From Anaerolineae bacterium (GTDB lineage Bacteria; Chloroflexota; Anaerolineae; UBA3071), in contig JARYMM010000002.1 in assembly GCA_029907105.1 (NCBI GenBank), forward strand, positions 18,992 to 82,991: a stretch of 64,000 nucleotides of DNA. The letters are read 5' to 3'. Every line of letters begins with the position of its first letter. Position 1 is the stretch's first letter. This document shows positions 38,256-47,900 of the stretch, in pieces. The position numbers were made by a program, and so were the translations under genes. The notes under the pieces are model-generated. The model was not told the DNA's origin, ran no database searches, and saw only the letters and a program-made list of their open reading frames with translations.

Positions 38256-39224
38256 ATGAAGCGATCCCTGCGTATCGTGTTGACCCTGTTAGCCGTCCTG
38301 CTGGCCATCCTGGCCATAGGCCCTTTTCTGGTGCCCGTGCCCGCGCTGCAGGATACCGTCCCGCCGCAACAACTGGCCGACCCCGACAGCCGCTTCATCG
38401 AGGTGAACGGCCTGACCGTCCATTACAAGATGGCCGGTCAGGGCGAGCCGGCGCTGGTGCTTTTGCACGGCTTCGCTGCCAGCACCTTCTCCTGGCGAGA
38501 GGTCATGGCCCCGCTGGCCGAGCTCGGCACCGTCGTGGCCTTCGATCGGCCTTCCTCCGGCCTGACCGAACGGCCCCTGCCCGGCGATTGGGTCGGCGAG
38601 AGTCCCTATAGCCGGGAGGCTCAAGCTGACCTCACCATCGGCCTGCTGGACGCCCTGGGCATCGGACAGGCGGTGCTGGTGGGCAACTCTGCCGGCGGCA
38701 CCATCGCTGCCCTCACCGCCCTGCGCTATCCGCAGCGCATCAGGGCATTGGTGCTGGTAGATGCGGCCATCTACGAGGGAGGCGGCTCCCCCGCCTGGTT
38801 GCGTCCGCTCTTCCACACGCCGCAGATGCGCCATCTTGGCCCGCTCATCGCCCGCACCATCCGCAGGCAGGGCGAGGAGCTGCTGCGCCTGGCCTGGCAC
38901 GATCCCTCCCGCATCACCGCCGAGGTGATGGATGGCTACCGCGAGGCTTTGCAAGCGGAGAACTGGGATCGCGCTCTGTGGGAGCTGACTCTGGCCAGCC
39001 GTGCTTCCGACCTGCCGGAGCGGCTGGACGAACTCACGTTGCCGGTGCTGGTCATCACCGGTGACGACGACCGCATCGTGCCCCCCGAACTGAGCGTGCG
39101 CCTGGCCGGGGAGCTGCCCAATGCTGAACTGGCGGTGCTTGCCAATTGCGGCCATGTGCCGCACGAGGAATGCCCGCAGCCCTTCCTGCAGGCGGTGACG
39201 GCGTTTCTGGATAGACTCCCGTAG
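38256..39224 (+). CDS. alpha/beta-hydrolase
   Basis: Has HGFAAS and GNSAGG nucleophile-elbow motifs. N-terminal transmembrane/signal segment. Confidence 0.75.
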   Translation: MKRSLRIVLTLLAVLLAILAIGPFLVPVPALQDTVPPQQLADPDSRFIEVNGLTVHYKMAGQGEPALVLLHGFAASTFSWREVMAPLAELGTVVAFDRPSSGLTERPLPGDWVGESPYSREAQADLTIGLLDALGIGQAVLVGNSAGGTIAALTALRYPQRIRALVLVDAAIYEGGGSPAWLRPLFHTPQMRHLGPLIARTIRRQGEELLRLAWHDPSRITAEVMDGYREALQAENWDRALWELTLASRASDLPERLDELTLPVLVITGDDDRIVPPELSVRLAGELPNAELAVLANCGHVPHEECPQPFLQAVTAFLDRLP

Positions 39225-39239
39225 AACTGAGGGGAGAAC

Positions 39240-39725
39240 ATGGCCAAAAGAGTACAAATCAACACACCAGCTCCAGACTTCACCCTGGAGGATTTCCGCG
39301 GGCAGGCTGTCAGCCTGGCCGATTTCCGCGGCCAGAAACACGTCTTCCTGGTCTTCAACCGCGGCTTCGCCTGACCCTTCTGCCGCCGGCACATGGCGCA
39401 GTTGCGCCAGGACTATGCGGAGTTCACGGCCCGAGATGCCGAGATCGTGGTCGTCGGCCCAGAGGATGCGACGGCCTTCGAACGTTACTGGACGCAGGAG
39501 AAGCTGCCTTTCCTTGGCCTGCCCGACCCCCAATCCAGCGTGCTCAAGCTGTACGGCCAGGAGGTGAACCTCTTCAAACTTGGCCGCATGCCGGCGCAAG
39601 TCCTGGTGGACAAGGACGGCACGGCCCGTTACGTGCACTACGGCCACTCCATGAGCGACATCCCCTCCAACGAGGAGTTGCTCGCCCTGCTGGATGAGCT
39701 GAAGTCCGCCATCGGCGCGCAATAG
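39240..39725 (+). CDS. PRXL2/AhpC-TSA_2-type thiol-disulfide oxidoreductase with in-frame TGA (codon 45) at the first Cys of its CxxC motif; candidate selenoprotein (UPFC)
   Basis: ATG 39240 is preceded by GAGGGGAG. The sequence ...HVFLVFNRGFA-TGA-PFCRRHMAQL... continues in the same frame into ORF 39393..39725. A hairpin lies 20 nt downstream of the TGA. Confidence 0.6.
39372..39374 (+). other. in-frame UGA, putative selenocysteine codon
   Basis: Occupies the Cys position of the RGF-C-P-x-C redoxin motif. Confidence 0.55.
39395..39408 (+). promoter_or_regulatory. hairpin GGCGC-AGTT-GCGCC, putative bacterial SECIS apical stem-loop
   Basis: Lies 20 nt 3' of the UGA. Shares the loop context GCAGTTGC with the hairpin after the second UGA. 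Confidence 0.4.
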
Positions 39726-39984
39726 CCTGTGGGTAGCCGTCAACCGCCTGCGCCGTCTGTTGGAGCCGGAGGCGAGCGGCGATTTCTACGTGGGCTTCTT
39801 CCATCTGGAGAACTACCGCCCCACTCTGGGGATTGACACCACCTTCGCCGACGGCCGCAGCTTCGAGGTGGACGGGGCATACTGGGAGCAACAGGCCAGC
39901 GACTACATGATCCGGGCGGTGGTTGTACACCGCTAAAGCTGTTTCAGAGCGGTCACCTGATTATTTTCGAGGGAGGTAAGCAAA

Positions 39985-40233
39985 ATGAGCAGCAAGAGAA
40001 TCCTGACGATCATTGTCATCGCCAGCACTGTGATGCTGGCAGTAGGGGCCGGCCCCCAGGTTAGCGGCAACGTCTATGCGCTGCCTGCTGCCCAGGCCGG
40101 CGTGACCATCCCCTACTCGGGGCGTCTGTCCCTTGCTTCGCCTGGGGATGCTGCGCAGAGCGCCGAGGCCGGGCAGCCTGCGGCCGACGGAGCCTACGAT
40201 TTCAGCTTCGCCCTGTACTTTAGTTTCCGCTAA
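39985..40233 (+). CDS. small secreted hypothetical protein (82 aa)
   Basis: Signal peptide MSSKRILTIIVIASTVMLAVGAG. Confidence 0.4.
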   Translation: MSSKRILTIIVIASTVMLAVGAGPQVSGNVYALPAAQAGVTIPYSGRLSLASPGDAAQSAEAGQPAADGAYDFSFALYFSFR

Positions 40234-40244
40234 CTTGTTTTGCC

Positions 40245-40289
40245 ACTACATGTAGTAGCTTTGTTGATTCAGGCTACCGCATGTAGTAG
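40245..40289. promoter_or_regulatory. two copies of CATGTAGTAG (the first within the 12-bp palindrome ACTACATGTAGT) spaced ~34 bp apart, 30-70 nt upstream of the repeat-protein gene; candidate operator
   Basis: 40245..40258 and 40280..40289. Confidence 0.35.
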
Positions 40290-40315
40290 GTCATCGGAGC
40301 GCAAAATGGCCCAAA

Positions 40316-42037
40316 ATGGCTCAAAACCCCAACTTAGCGGAAAGTAGAGTGTACGATGTCCCGGCTGGCGGGGAGCCGCTGTGGACGGAGACGCAGGAAG
40401 GCGTGATGGTGCAGGGGGGCGCCTTCACGGCCTTGCTGGGGAGCGTGAACGGCATTCCCCCGGAGGTATTGGCGGGGAAAGAGCTCTGGCTGGCGGTGGC
40501 TGTGCGCGGGCCAGGGGAGGGGGAGTTCACGCTGCTGGCGCCGCGGCAGGGGGTGAGCGCCGCCTCGTCGCCGACCGGCGCGGCCGGCGGCATGACCTGC
40601 CCTCACGACCACTTTGGGGAAACCTGGACCGGCAGCGGCTCTTCTGGGCTGAACATCACGAACACCGGCGCCGGCAACGGCATCACGCTCCACAATAACA
40701 GCCAGTTTGCCACACTCCTGGCATACAACGCCTCCAGCGGCACCGGCGTGTACGGTTCCAGCAGCACCAGCGGCAAGGGCGTGTGGGGCTTCAGCACCAC
40801 CGGCTTCGGGGTGTATGGAGAAAGCCCCCGCGGCACGGGCGTGTATGGGACGACCGCGATCACGACGGGCACGACGAGCGGCGTAGTAGGCGTGGTCTCC
40901 TCGCCCGACGGCTACGGCGTGTACGGCATGAACACCACTAACGGCACGGGCGTGTATGGCTATAGCAACGGCGGTGCTGGCGTGAATGCCCGGGGTGCGA
41001 ACGCCGTAGTGGGTATCTCCAGCTCGCCCGGCTATGCCGCGATCTACGGTCGCAATGACGCCACCACGGGCACCGGCAGCGGCATCTGGGGCGAGGCCAA
41101 GTCTCCCGACGGCTATGGCGGCTACTTCAAGAACACGGCCGGCGATGGCGTGCGTGTGGAGTCGGTTGGCGGCAATGGTGTGTACGTGCACTCGGCGACC
41201 GATAATGGCGTGGAAGTGCGGTCGGCGGGCGATCATGGTGTGAAGGTGGAGTCGGCGTACTACGACGGTGTGTTTGTGAACTCCGCGGGCATCCACGGCC
41301 TGTACGTGAATTCGGCGGGCGGCAACGGCGTACTCGTGGGGTCAGCCGTGGATAGCGGCGTGTACGTGCAGTCGGCGCACAAAGGCTTGTATGTGGAGTC
41401 GTCAGAGTTGTACGGCGTGCACGCATTTGGAAAGTGGATGGGAGTATGGGGCGAAGTAGAAGGAACCCGCCATGATTGGGGCCTCCACACAACCGACTAC
41501 ATATACGCGCTTAGCTACTTTCTGCTTGGTTCGGTGATGCACGTCATGCAGAACGGGGGCAGCGAGCCTCTGGAACCGGGGGATGTGGTCGTCTTCAGCG
41601 GCCTGGGCGCGCCCCTGGAGGAGGGTGTGCCGACGGTCCAGGTGGCCAAAGCTGCCTCAGCTAACAGCACCGGCGTGGCCGGCGTGGTGTTCAGCCGCTA
41701 TAATCCCCTCATTGTGCCGGAGAACGCGAAGCCGGGAGAGGACAGCATGCCCTCTGGCTGGGAGTTCATGCCGGCGGGGCCCGTGCCGCCGGGCGAATAC
41801 CTGACGGTGGTGATTCAGGGCCCGGCTCAGGTGAAAGCCAGCGCCGTCGCCGGCCCCATCCGGTCCGGCGACCTGCTCTCCAGCGCCCCTGAGGCCGGCT
41901 ATGCCGCCAAAGCGGCCGAGGTCTCGCTGGGAGGGGTCAAGATGGCCCTGCCGGGGACGGTCTTCGGCAAGGCGCTGGAAGCGCTGGACGCCGGCCAAGA
42001 CACCGGCCTGGTATGGGTATGCGTGACGCTGCAGTGA
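40316..42037 (+). CDS. repetitive beta-solenoid-like protein (Gly/Tyr/Val-rich 10-11-residue repeats), function unknown
   Basis: Repeats GTGVYG, NGVYVHSATD, NGVEVRSAGD, HGVKVESAYY, DGVFVNSAGI, HGLYVNSAGG, NGVLVGSAVD, SGVYVQSA. No signal peptide. Confidence 0.6.
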   Translation: MAQNPNLAESRVYDVPAGGEPLWTETQEGVMVQGGAFTALLGSVNGIPPEVLAGKELWLAVAVRGPGEGEFTLLAPRQGVSAASSPTGAAGGMTCPHDHFGETWTGSGSSGLNITNTGAGNGITLHNNSQFATLLAYNASSGTGVYGSSSTSGKGVWGFSTTGFGVYGESPRGTGVYGTTAITTGTTSGVVGVVSSPDGYGVYGMNTTNGTGVYGYSNGGAGVNARGANAVVGISSSPGYAAIYGRNDATTGTGSGIWGEAKSPDGYGGYFKNTAGDGVRVESVGGNGVYVHSATDNGVEVRSAGDHGVKVESAYYDGVFVNSAGIHGLYVNSAGGNGVLVGSAVDSGVYVQSAHKGLYVESSELYGVHAFGKWMGVWGEVEGTRHDWGLHTTDYIYALSYFLLGSVMHVMQNGGSEPLEPGDVVVFSGLGAPLEEGVPTVQVAKAASANSTGVAGVVFSRYNPLIVPENAKPGEDSMPSGWEFMPAGPVPPGEYLTVVIQGPAQVKASAVAGPIRSGDLLSSAPEAGYAAKAAEVSLGGVKMALPGTVFGKALEALDAGQDTGLVWVCVTLQ

Positions 42038-42048
42038 GGAGGCCGGCG

Positions 42049-42321
42049 ATGAAGGGGATAATGCTTCTGCTAACCTTGCTGGTTCTCCTCCTGCTGGTCG
42101 GCGCCGTGCTGGCCCAACCGGGCGGGCCCGGCCCGGCCGTCTGGTACACGGTCGAGGAGGGGATGGCCTCCGGCGGGGGTTATCGCCTGACCGGGCTGGC
42201 CTGGCAGTTTAGCGGCATTGCCAGCGGCGGAAAGTATCGTCTGCTGGGGCCGGCGGCGCCGGCCCTGCGGGGCAACGGCTGCTGCTGCACCTATCTGCCC
42301 TGTATCGTGCGGAGGTGGTGA
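42049..42321 (+). CDS. small secreted Cys-containing protein (90 aa) with duplicated GGxYRLxG motif and C-terminal GNGCCCTYLPCIVRRW
   Basis: GAGGAGG ribosome-binding site 7 nt before ATG 42049. Signal peptide MKGIMLLLTLLVLLLLVGAVLA. Confidence 0.45.
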   Translation: MKGIMLLLTLLVLLLLVGAVLAQPGGPGPAVWYTVEEGMASGGGYRLTGLAWQFSGIASGGKYRLLGPAAPALRGNGCCCTYLPCIVRRW

Positions 42322-42448
42322 GAGATATCCGAGCCTCAGGCAACACACAAGTCGCTCGTGGCCGTCCAGCAGGAGCACGTGTTATACGAGCGGTATCGGG
42401 CAGCACGCCCCAACGCCGATCGTGGATGCCACATAACCGTTCATTGCT

Positions 42449-42877
42449 CTACAAATCCAGCACACACTGCACCACGTGCTGCCCGTTCTCGTCCAGGAAG
42501 TACTTCAATCCCCCGTAGGTGGCGGCTTTGACTTCCACCTTCGGCTGGTGCCGCTCGATGTCCATCGGCTCGCCGCGGGCGATGCCCTCCAGCACATAGC
42601 CGTCATCGGTCCGCTCCAGGCGGGTGACCTGGAAATCGCTGAAGAACAGCCCCTCGATGTCGCGCTGCGCCAGTAACTCGTTGAGCAGCTCCACGAACAA
42701 AGCCGCCGGGTCACCCGCCGCGCAGCGGATAGGGACTTCCTGCCGCGCCACAACCCGCTCCAGATCCACCATCAAATGAAACAGGCCGAGGGCACCATCT
42801 GTCAGCGCCTCGGCCAGCGTCCGCCCGCAACTCCGCAGCCCCACGTCGGCTGTGTGGTCAAGATATTCGTAAGGCAT
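42449..42877 (-). CDS. archease (RtcB ligase activator/chaperone)
   Basis: Starts MPYEYLDHTADVGLR (archease N-terminal signature). 142 aa. Confidence 0.85.
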   Translation of the reverse strand: MPYEYLDHTADVGLRSCGRTLAEALTDGALGLFHLMVDLERVVARQEVPIRCAAGDPAALFVELLNELLAQRDIEGLFFSDFQVTRLERTDDGYVLEGIARGEPMDIERHQPKVEVKAATYGGLKYFLDENGQHVVQCVLDL

Positions 42878-42916
42878 AGATTTTCTCCAAAGCCGAAGGC
42901 AAAAACCTGAACCCGC

Positions 42917-43570
42917 CTACCTCCGCCAGAAGCGCCAATCCCAGCCGCCTTCCTCCTTCTCTGGCCAGCCATGCTCGCCGATCAGCGGCACGAAGGCCAC
43001 GGGGGCCATGTTGCGGGTGGTCGTGCTCTGGCCCTTCTTGCGCACGCAGATCAGATTCTGGAACCCTGCCGGGCCCACGGGAGCCACCAGCCGCCCGCCG
43101 TCGGCCAGTTGATCCAGCAAAGGCTGGGGCACCTCCGGCGCGGCGGCAGTGACGATGATGGCCTCGAAGGGCGCATGCTCTGGCCAGCCGGCCGTGCCAT
43201 TGCCCACCCGCACGTGCACGTTGTGATAGCCCAACTCGGCCAGCAATCTCTGCGCCCGTTCGGCCAGCACGGCGTGGCGCTCGATGGTGTAGACGTCCCG
43301 GGCCAGCTTGCTGAGGATGGCGGCCTGGTAGCCCGACCCTGTGCCGATCTCCAGCACTCGCTCGTGGCTTTGTAATTCCAGCGCCTCCGTCATCAGGGCC
43401 ACGATGTAGGGCTGTGAGATCGTCTGCCCCTCGCCGATGGGCAGCGCACAGTCGGCGTAGGCCGAGGAGAGAAGATGCTCGGGAACGAAGCGATGGCGGG
43501 GCACCTCGCGCATGGCCTGCAGCACCCGCTCATCGGCAATGCCCCGGCTGGCGATCTGGGTCTCCACCAT
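42917..43570 (-). CDS. pcm: protein-L-isoaspartate O-methyltransferase
   Basis: Has TISQPYIVALMTE and LEIGTGSGYQAA motifs. ATG 43570 is preceded by GGGAG. The track's upstream TTG extension overlaps rpoD. Confidence 0.85.
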   Translation of the reverse strand: MVETQIASRGIADERVLQAMREVPRHRFVPEHLLSSAYADCALPIGEGQTISQPYIVALMTEALELQSHERVLEIGTGSGYQAAILSKLARDVYTIERHAVLAERAQRLLAELGYHNVHVRVGNGTAGWPEHAPFEAIIVTAAAPEVPQPLLDQLADGGRLVAPVGPAGFQNLICVRKKGQSTTTRNMAPVAFVPLIGEHGWPEKEEGGWDWRFWRR

Positions 43571-43638
43571 CCGCTCCCGCAGCCGTTGATATTCGGCCGA
43601 AGAGGCTTTCACCTCGCCACTTCCTCCAGGCCGCCAGC

Positions 43639-44838
43639 TCAATCAATGAAGTCGCGCAGACGGCGGCTGCGGCTGGGGTGGCGCAGCCGGTTGAGGGCGT
43701 GGGCTTCGATCTGGCGGATACGCTCCCGGGTCAGGCCGAACTTCTGGCCCACTTCCTCCAGTGTGTAGCTGCGCCCGTCTTGCAGGCCGAAGCGCAGGCG
43801 CAGGATGCGCGCCTCCCGCGGTTGCAATGTCTCCAGGATCTCTTCCAATTCCTCGCGCAGGAGAGCGTTGTCGGCCATCGCCGGCGGTGGCGGCGCTTCC
43901 TCGTCGGCGATAAAGCTGCCCAGCATCGTCTCCTCCTCCTCGCCGACAGGCTGTTCCAGCGACAGCGGACGGCGGGAGAGACGCAACAGTCGCCGCACCC
44001 GGTCAGGGGCCGATTCCATCCGGTCGGCGATCTCCTCGGGGGTGGCGGGGCGTCCCTGATCCTGCTCCAATTCCCGCGAGGCGCGATGCAACAGGCGCAG
44101 CTTGTCGCCGATGTGCACGGGCAGGCGGATGGTGCGCCCCTGATCGGATACGGCACGGCTGACCGCCTGGCGGATCCACCAGGTGGCGTAGGTGCTGAAC
44201 TTGTAGCCCCGTGTGTGATCGAACTTGTCCACCGCCTTCATCAGCCCCAGGTTCCCCTCCTGCACCAGATCGAGGAAGGGCACGCCCTGGCCGATGTAGC
44301 GCTTGGCCACGCTGATCACCAGGCGGGTGTTGGCCTTGATCAGTCGCCGGCGGGCCGCTTCACCTTCCTGTACCGCTTTCTTCAGGGCTTCGATCTTCCT
44401 GGCGCTGAGTCGCCCATCGTCCCTGGCCAGCCGCTCGGCGGCCTCTGCCCCTTTGGCCACGGCTTTGGCCAGTTCCACCTCTTCTTCGGCGGTGAGCAGG
44501 GGCTCCCGCCCCATCTCCCGAAAATAGAGATCGGTGGGGTCGCCCACAGGCACGTCGCTCAGATCGGGCACCTCCTCCTCTCGCTTCGGGGGCTGCCCTC
44601 GGCGTGGCGGCCTGTCCTCCCAGACGTCAATGCCGCGCTCGTGCAACTGAGCAAACAGGTCCTCCAGCAGGTCCAGGCGCTCCTCTGCGTTGGGCAGGGA
44701 GTACAGGATATCGTCATAGGTGATATACCCCTGCTCTTCGGCCTGGCTCAGCAGCTCTTCCATGATGGCCTCAGCCGGCTCAATTTCCATTTCTGTTTCT
44801 GTGGTCTGACCCAGTTCTTCGTAAATCTCGTCCTTCAT
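43639..44838 (-). CDS. rpoD: RNA polymerase primary-type sigma-70 factor
   Basis: Region 2.4 YATWWIRQA and region 4 helix-turn-helix are present. 399 aa. Confidence 0.9.
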   Translation of the reverse strand: MKDEIYEELGQTTETEMEIEPAEAIMEELLSQAEEQGYITYDDILYSLPNAEERLDLLEDLFAQLHERGIDVWEDRPPRRGQPPKREEEVPDLSDVPVGDPTDLYFREMGREPLLTAEEEVELAKAVAKGAEAAERLARDDGRLSARKIEALKKAVQEGEAARRRLIKANTRLVISVAKRYIGQGVPFLDLVQEGNLGLMKAVDKFDHTRGYKFSTYATWWIRQAVSRAVSDQGRTIRLPVHIGDKLRLLHRASRELEQDQGRPATPEEIADRMESAPDRVRRLLRLSRRPLSLEQPVGEEEETMLGSFIADEEAPPPPAMADNALLREELEEILETLQPREARILRLRFGLQDGRSYTLEEVGQKFGLTRERIRQIEAHALNRLRHPSRSRRLRDFID

Positions 44839-44995
44839 TCTCTCAACCTCGCCTCTGCATGAAACACAGATAGCTGTGAACGAACACAGAGAAACGTCAT
44901 GGTGCTTCTCCGCGTTTGTCCGCGTCTGATTGATCTTAACTCAATCTGCACCGTGTGCATATGATGTAAAGCATACCGCCGCGCCGCCCGCCGGA

Positions 44996-47900
44996 TCAAG
45001 GCCTGGACGGGCGCTGACGCGCCGCCTTCAGCTCCCGCACGCGCCCACGGCGATCAATCTGGAAACGCCGCACGTAGCGGGGCGGCAACTCGAAAGCAAA
45101 ACGTGAAGGGCCGCGCAGGAAACCATCGCCCCGATCGCGGGTGGAACAGAGATAGAGCCGTTCCCTGGCCCGCGTCATGCCCACGTAAAACACCCGCCGT
45201 TCCTCGGCCAGCGCGGCTTCCTGCCCCTCCTGCAGCGTCGTCCACAGCGGCAGGTTCTCTTCCTCCACGCCGATGATGATGACCACCGGAAACTCGGTGC
45301 CCTTGGCGTTATGCAGGGTCATCAACGTCACCCGGTCTGGCCGGGTCTCGTGGGCGAAGGTGTCCACGTTGACCACCAGCGCCTGATAGTCAAGAAAGGC
45401 GGAAAGGGAACGGTCTGCGCTGAAACGCAGGAAGGCGGCCACCTGCTGCTGGAACGCCTCCCGCAGGCGATCCCAGGCTTCGTCCACCAGCGGTGGCGGT
45501 TCCTCCGCCTCCAGCCGTGCGGCAAGCAAGGTCAGCCTCTCCTCCGCCTGTGGCCGCAGCTCCCGCACCCGTGCCAGACCCACGATCTCCCCCGAACGCT
45601 GCACGACCCGTCGCGCCGCATTGAGCAGGGCCGCCATCGGGATCATTCCGCCATCCGCATTCCGCTTTTCGCAATGCAGCTCCAGCAGTCCCAGGACGGC
45701 CAACGGCAACAACTCGGGCAGAGCACGCAACGCCGTCTGCCAGCGGTTCTCGGCCAGCAAACGCTCGAAGAGCGCCGCTACCTGGCGCACATCCCCGGCC
45801 GCGCGGTGCTCCACCCGCTCTCCCAGGCCGAAATAGCGCAGCAGGCTCTCCAGACTGTAGCTCGCCGGCGCATCCGGCCCATCGCGCAGCAGGCGGCGGG
45901 CCAGCGTCAACGTGTCCAGGTACGGGTTGCGAAAGCCCCGTCCCAGCAACCGCCCGGCCTCGCGGTCGAGAAAGCGATTGTCGAAGCCTTCGACATTGTG
46001 CCCGACCACGGTGTCGGTGCCGACGTAGGCCAGGAAGCGGGGCAGCACCCTCTCGATGCCCTCGGCGTCCCTGACGTCTTCCCAGCGCAATCCGTGAACC
46101 TGGGTGGCCGCTTTGGGAATGAAACCCTGTTCCGGCCGCACCCTGGCGTAGAAGGGTTCCCCGGCCGGCCTGCCTCCCCGCATGGCCATCCCACCGATCT
46201 CGATGATCTCATCACGTCGGGCATTGGTGCCCGTGGTCTCCAGATCGTAGACGACGAAAGAACCTTCGCCCAGCCGCTCGTGGGCGGCCAGCAGGTCCTG
46301 GGCGAAACGGTAGGCAACCACGCTGCACGGAGTTTCGGGTTCCAGGTTCCGGGTTTCAGGCTCCAGGCTCCAGGCTTCGGGTTCTGAGGCCGGGCTTCTG
46401 GCCTCGAGTCTTAAACCCCCGGCTTCGGGGATGAGTTCAATGTCCAACGGGCGGCCCAGGTAGTGCTGCAGGGTGTGCTCCAGGATGGCCGCCGCGCAGG
46501 CGCCGTCGAGGGTAGCCGGCGCAGTCAGCCGGAGGCGGGCACCCGCCTGGAGTTGGTCGCGCAGCCGTCCAGCCTCCTCGGAAAACGCGCATCCGCTGGC
46601 CCAGGTGCGCCATTTCTGCCATTCTCCCCGCTCAAAGGGACTGCGCCGCTGCTCCAGCAGGGTGAACAGCTTTTCCATGATGACGTCTACGGCCTCCGCG
46701 CTGGCCGGTTTCAACTCCTCCTCGAACAGGCGCAGAAAGCCTTGCAGATTGGCGCGGGTGAGCGGGCTGAGCTCGGGGAAGGCCTGGGCACGGCGGGCCA
46801 GATCGGCCAACCCCACGGCGTGGAAGTCCGCCAGCCTTTGCAACTGCATCACCGTCAGCTCGTCGGCCAGCGTCTGCGGGAAGTTGAGCGCTTCGAGGAT
46901 GGCCTGGTCGTCGGCCAGCGAGCGAATGAGGTGCAGGTAGCGCACCACTTCCCGCGCCCCCGGTTGCTCGAAGAAGTTTTTCTTGCGCACCCGCTGCAGC
47001 GGGATCTGCTCTTGTCCCAGGTATCCCTCCAGGTCGTCGGCCAGTTGATGGGTGCGATAAAAGATGGCGATGTCCCCGCAGGCATAGCCATGCCCGTCGG
47101 CCAGGCGGCGGATGAGACGGGTGATCAGGCGATGCTCCTGTGCGACATCGGCCAGCAGATAGTGATGGATGGGAGCCCCGCGGCCCCGGCTGGTGTGCAG
47201 AAACCGCCGGCGCTGCGGCGACCGCTGGCGGGCGATCATGTTCTGGGCAGCATAGAGAATGGTCTCCGTGCTGCGATAACACTCGGTGAGTTCGATCACC
47301 CGCGGGTGATAGCGGGCGATGAACTCGTCCACCAACTGCGGCTGCGCCCCTCGCCATTCGTAGATGGACTGGTCGTCGTCGGCCACGGCCATGACGTCGG
47401 CCCCTGGCGGGCACAGCAGGGTGAGCAGTTCGTATTGGGCGCGGTTGATGTCCTGATACTCATCCACCAGCACGTGCGGCAGCAGGCGTTGCAACTCCTG
47501 GCGCACCTCCGCCCGCTCCCGCAGCAGGCGCACGGTTTCGCCGATGAGATCGTCGAAGTCGAGGGCCCGGCGGGCACGCAAACCTTCGGCATAATCGGCA
47601 GCCAATTCGGCCCACAGTGGATCCCCGACGCTTTCGCCCGAGGCAGCTCGCGCCAGATCGCGCAACGCCGCTTTCTCGTAGCTGACGAAATCCCGCAGGC
47701 GATAGACCGGGTACAGCTCCTGGCTCAGGTTGCGCCGCGTGATGACGCTCCGCCAGATGGCGTCCTGCAGTACTTCGTCGGCGACGATGAAATCGGGCAG
47801 CAGGCCGATGGCCGCGCCATGCCGGCGCAGGATGCGCAGGCAGGCGGCGTGAAAGGTGTGGATCCAGATGTCTGCTGCCGCCGGCCCCAGCAGGTGTTCC

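Noticed and set aside
39733-39936. 68-codon open frame (…FYVGFFHLENYRPTLGIDTTFADGRSFEVDGAYWEQQASDYMIRAVVVHR) right after the Sec-redoxin gene
   Set aside because: It has no start codon except a weak internal TTG and no ribosome-binding site. It may be a gene remnant or a short real protein, but it is not supportable as a feature.
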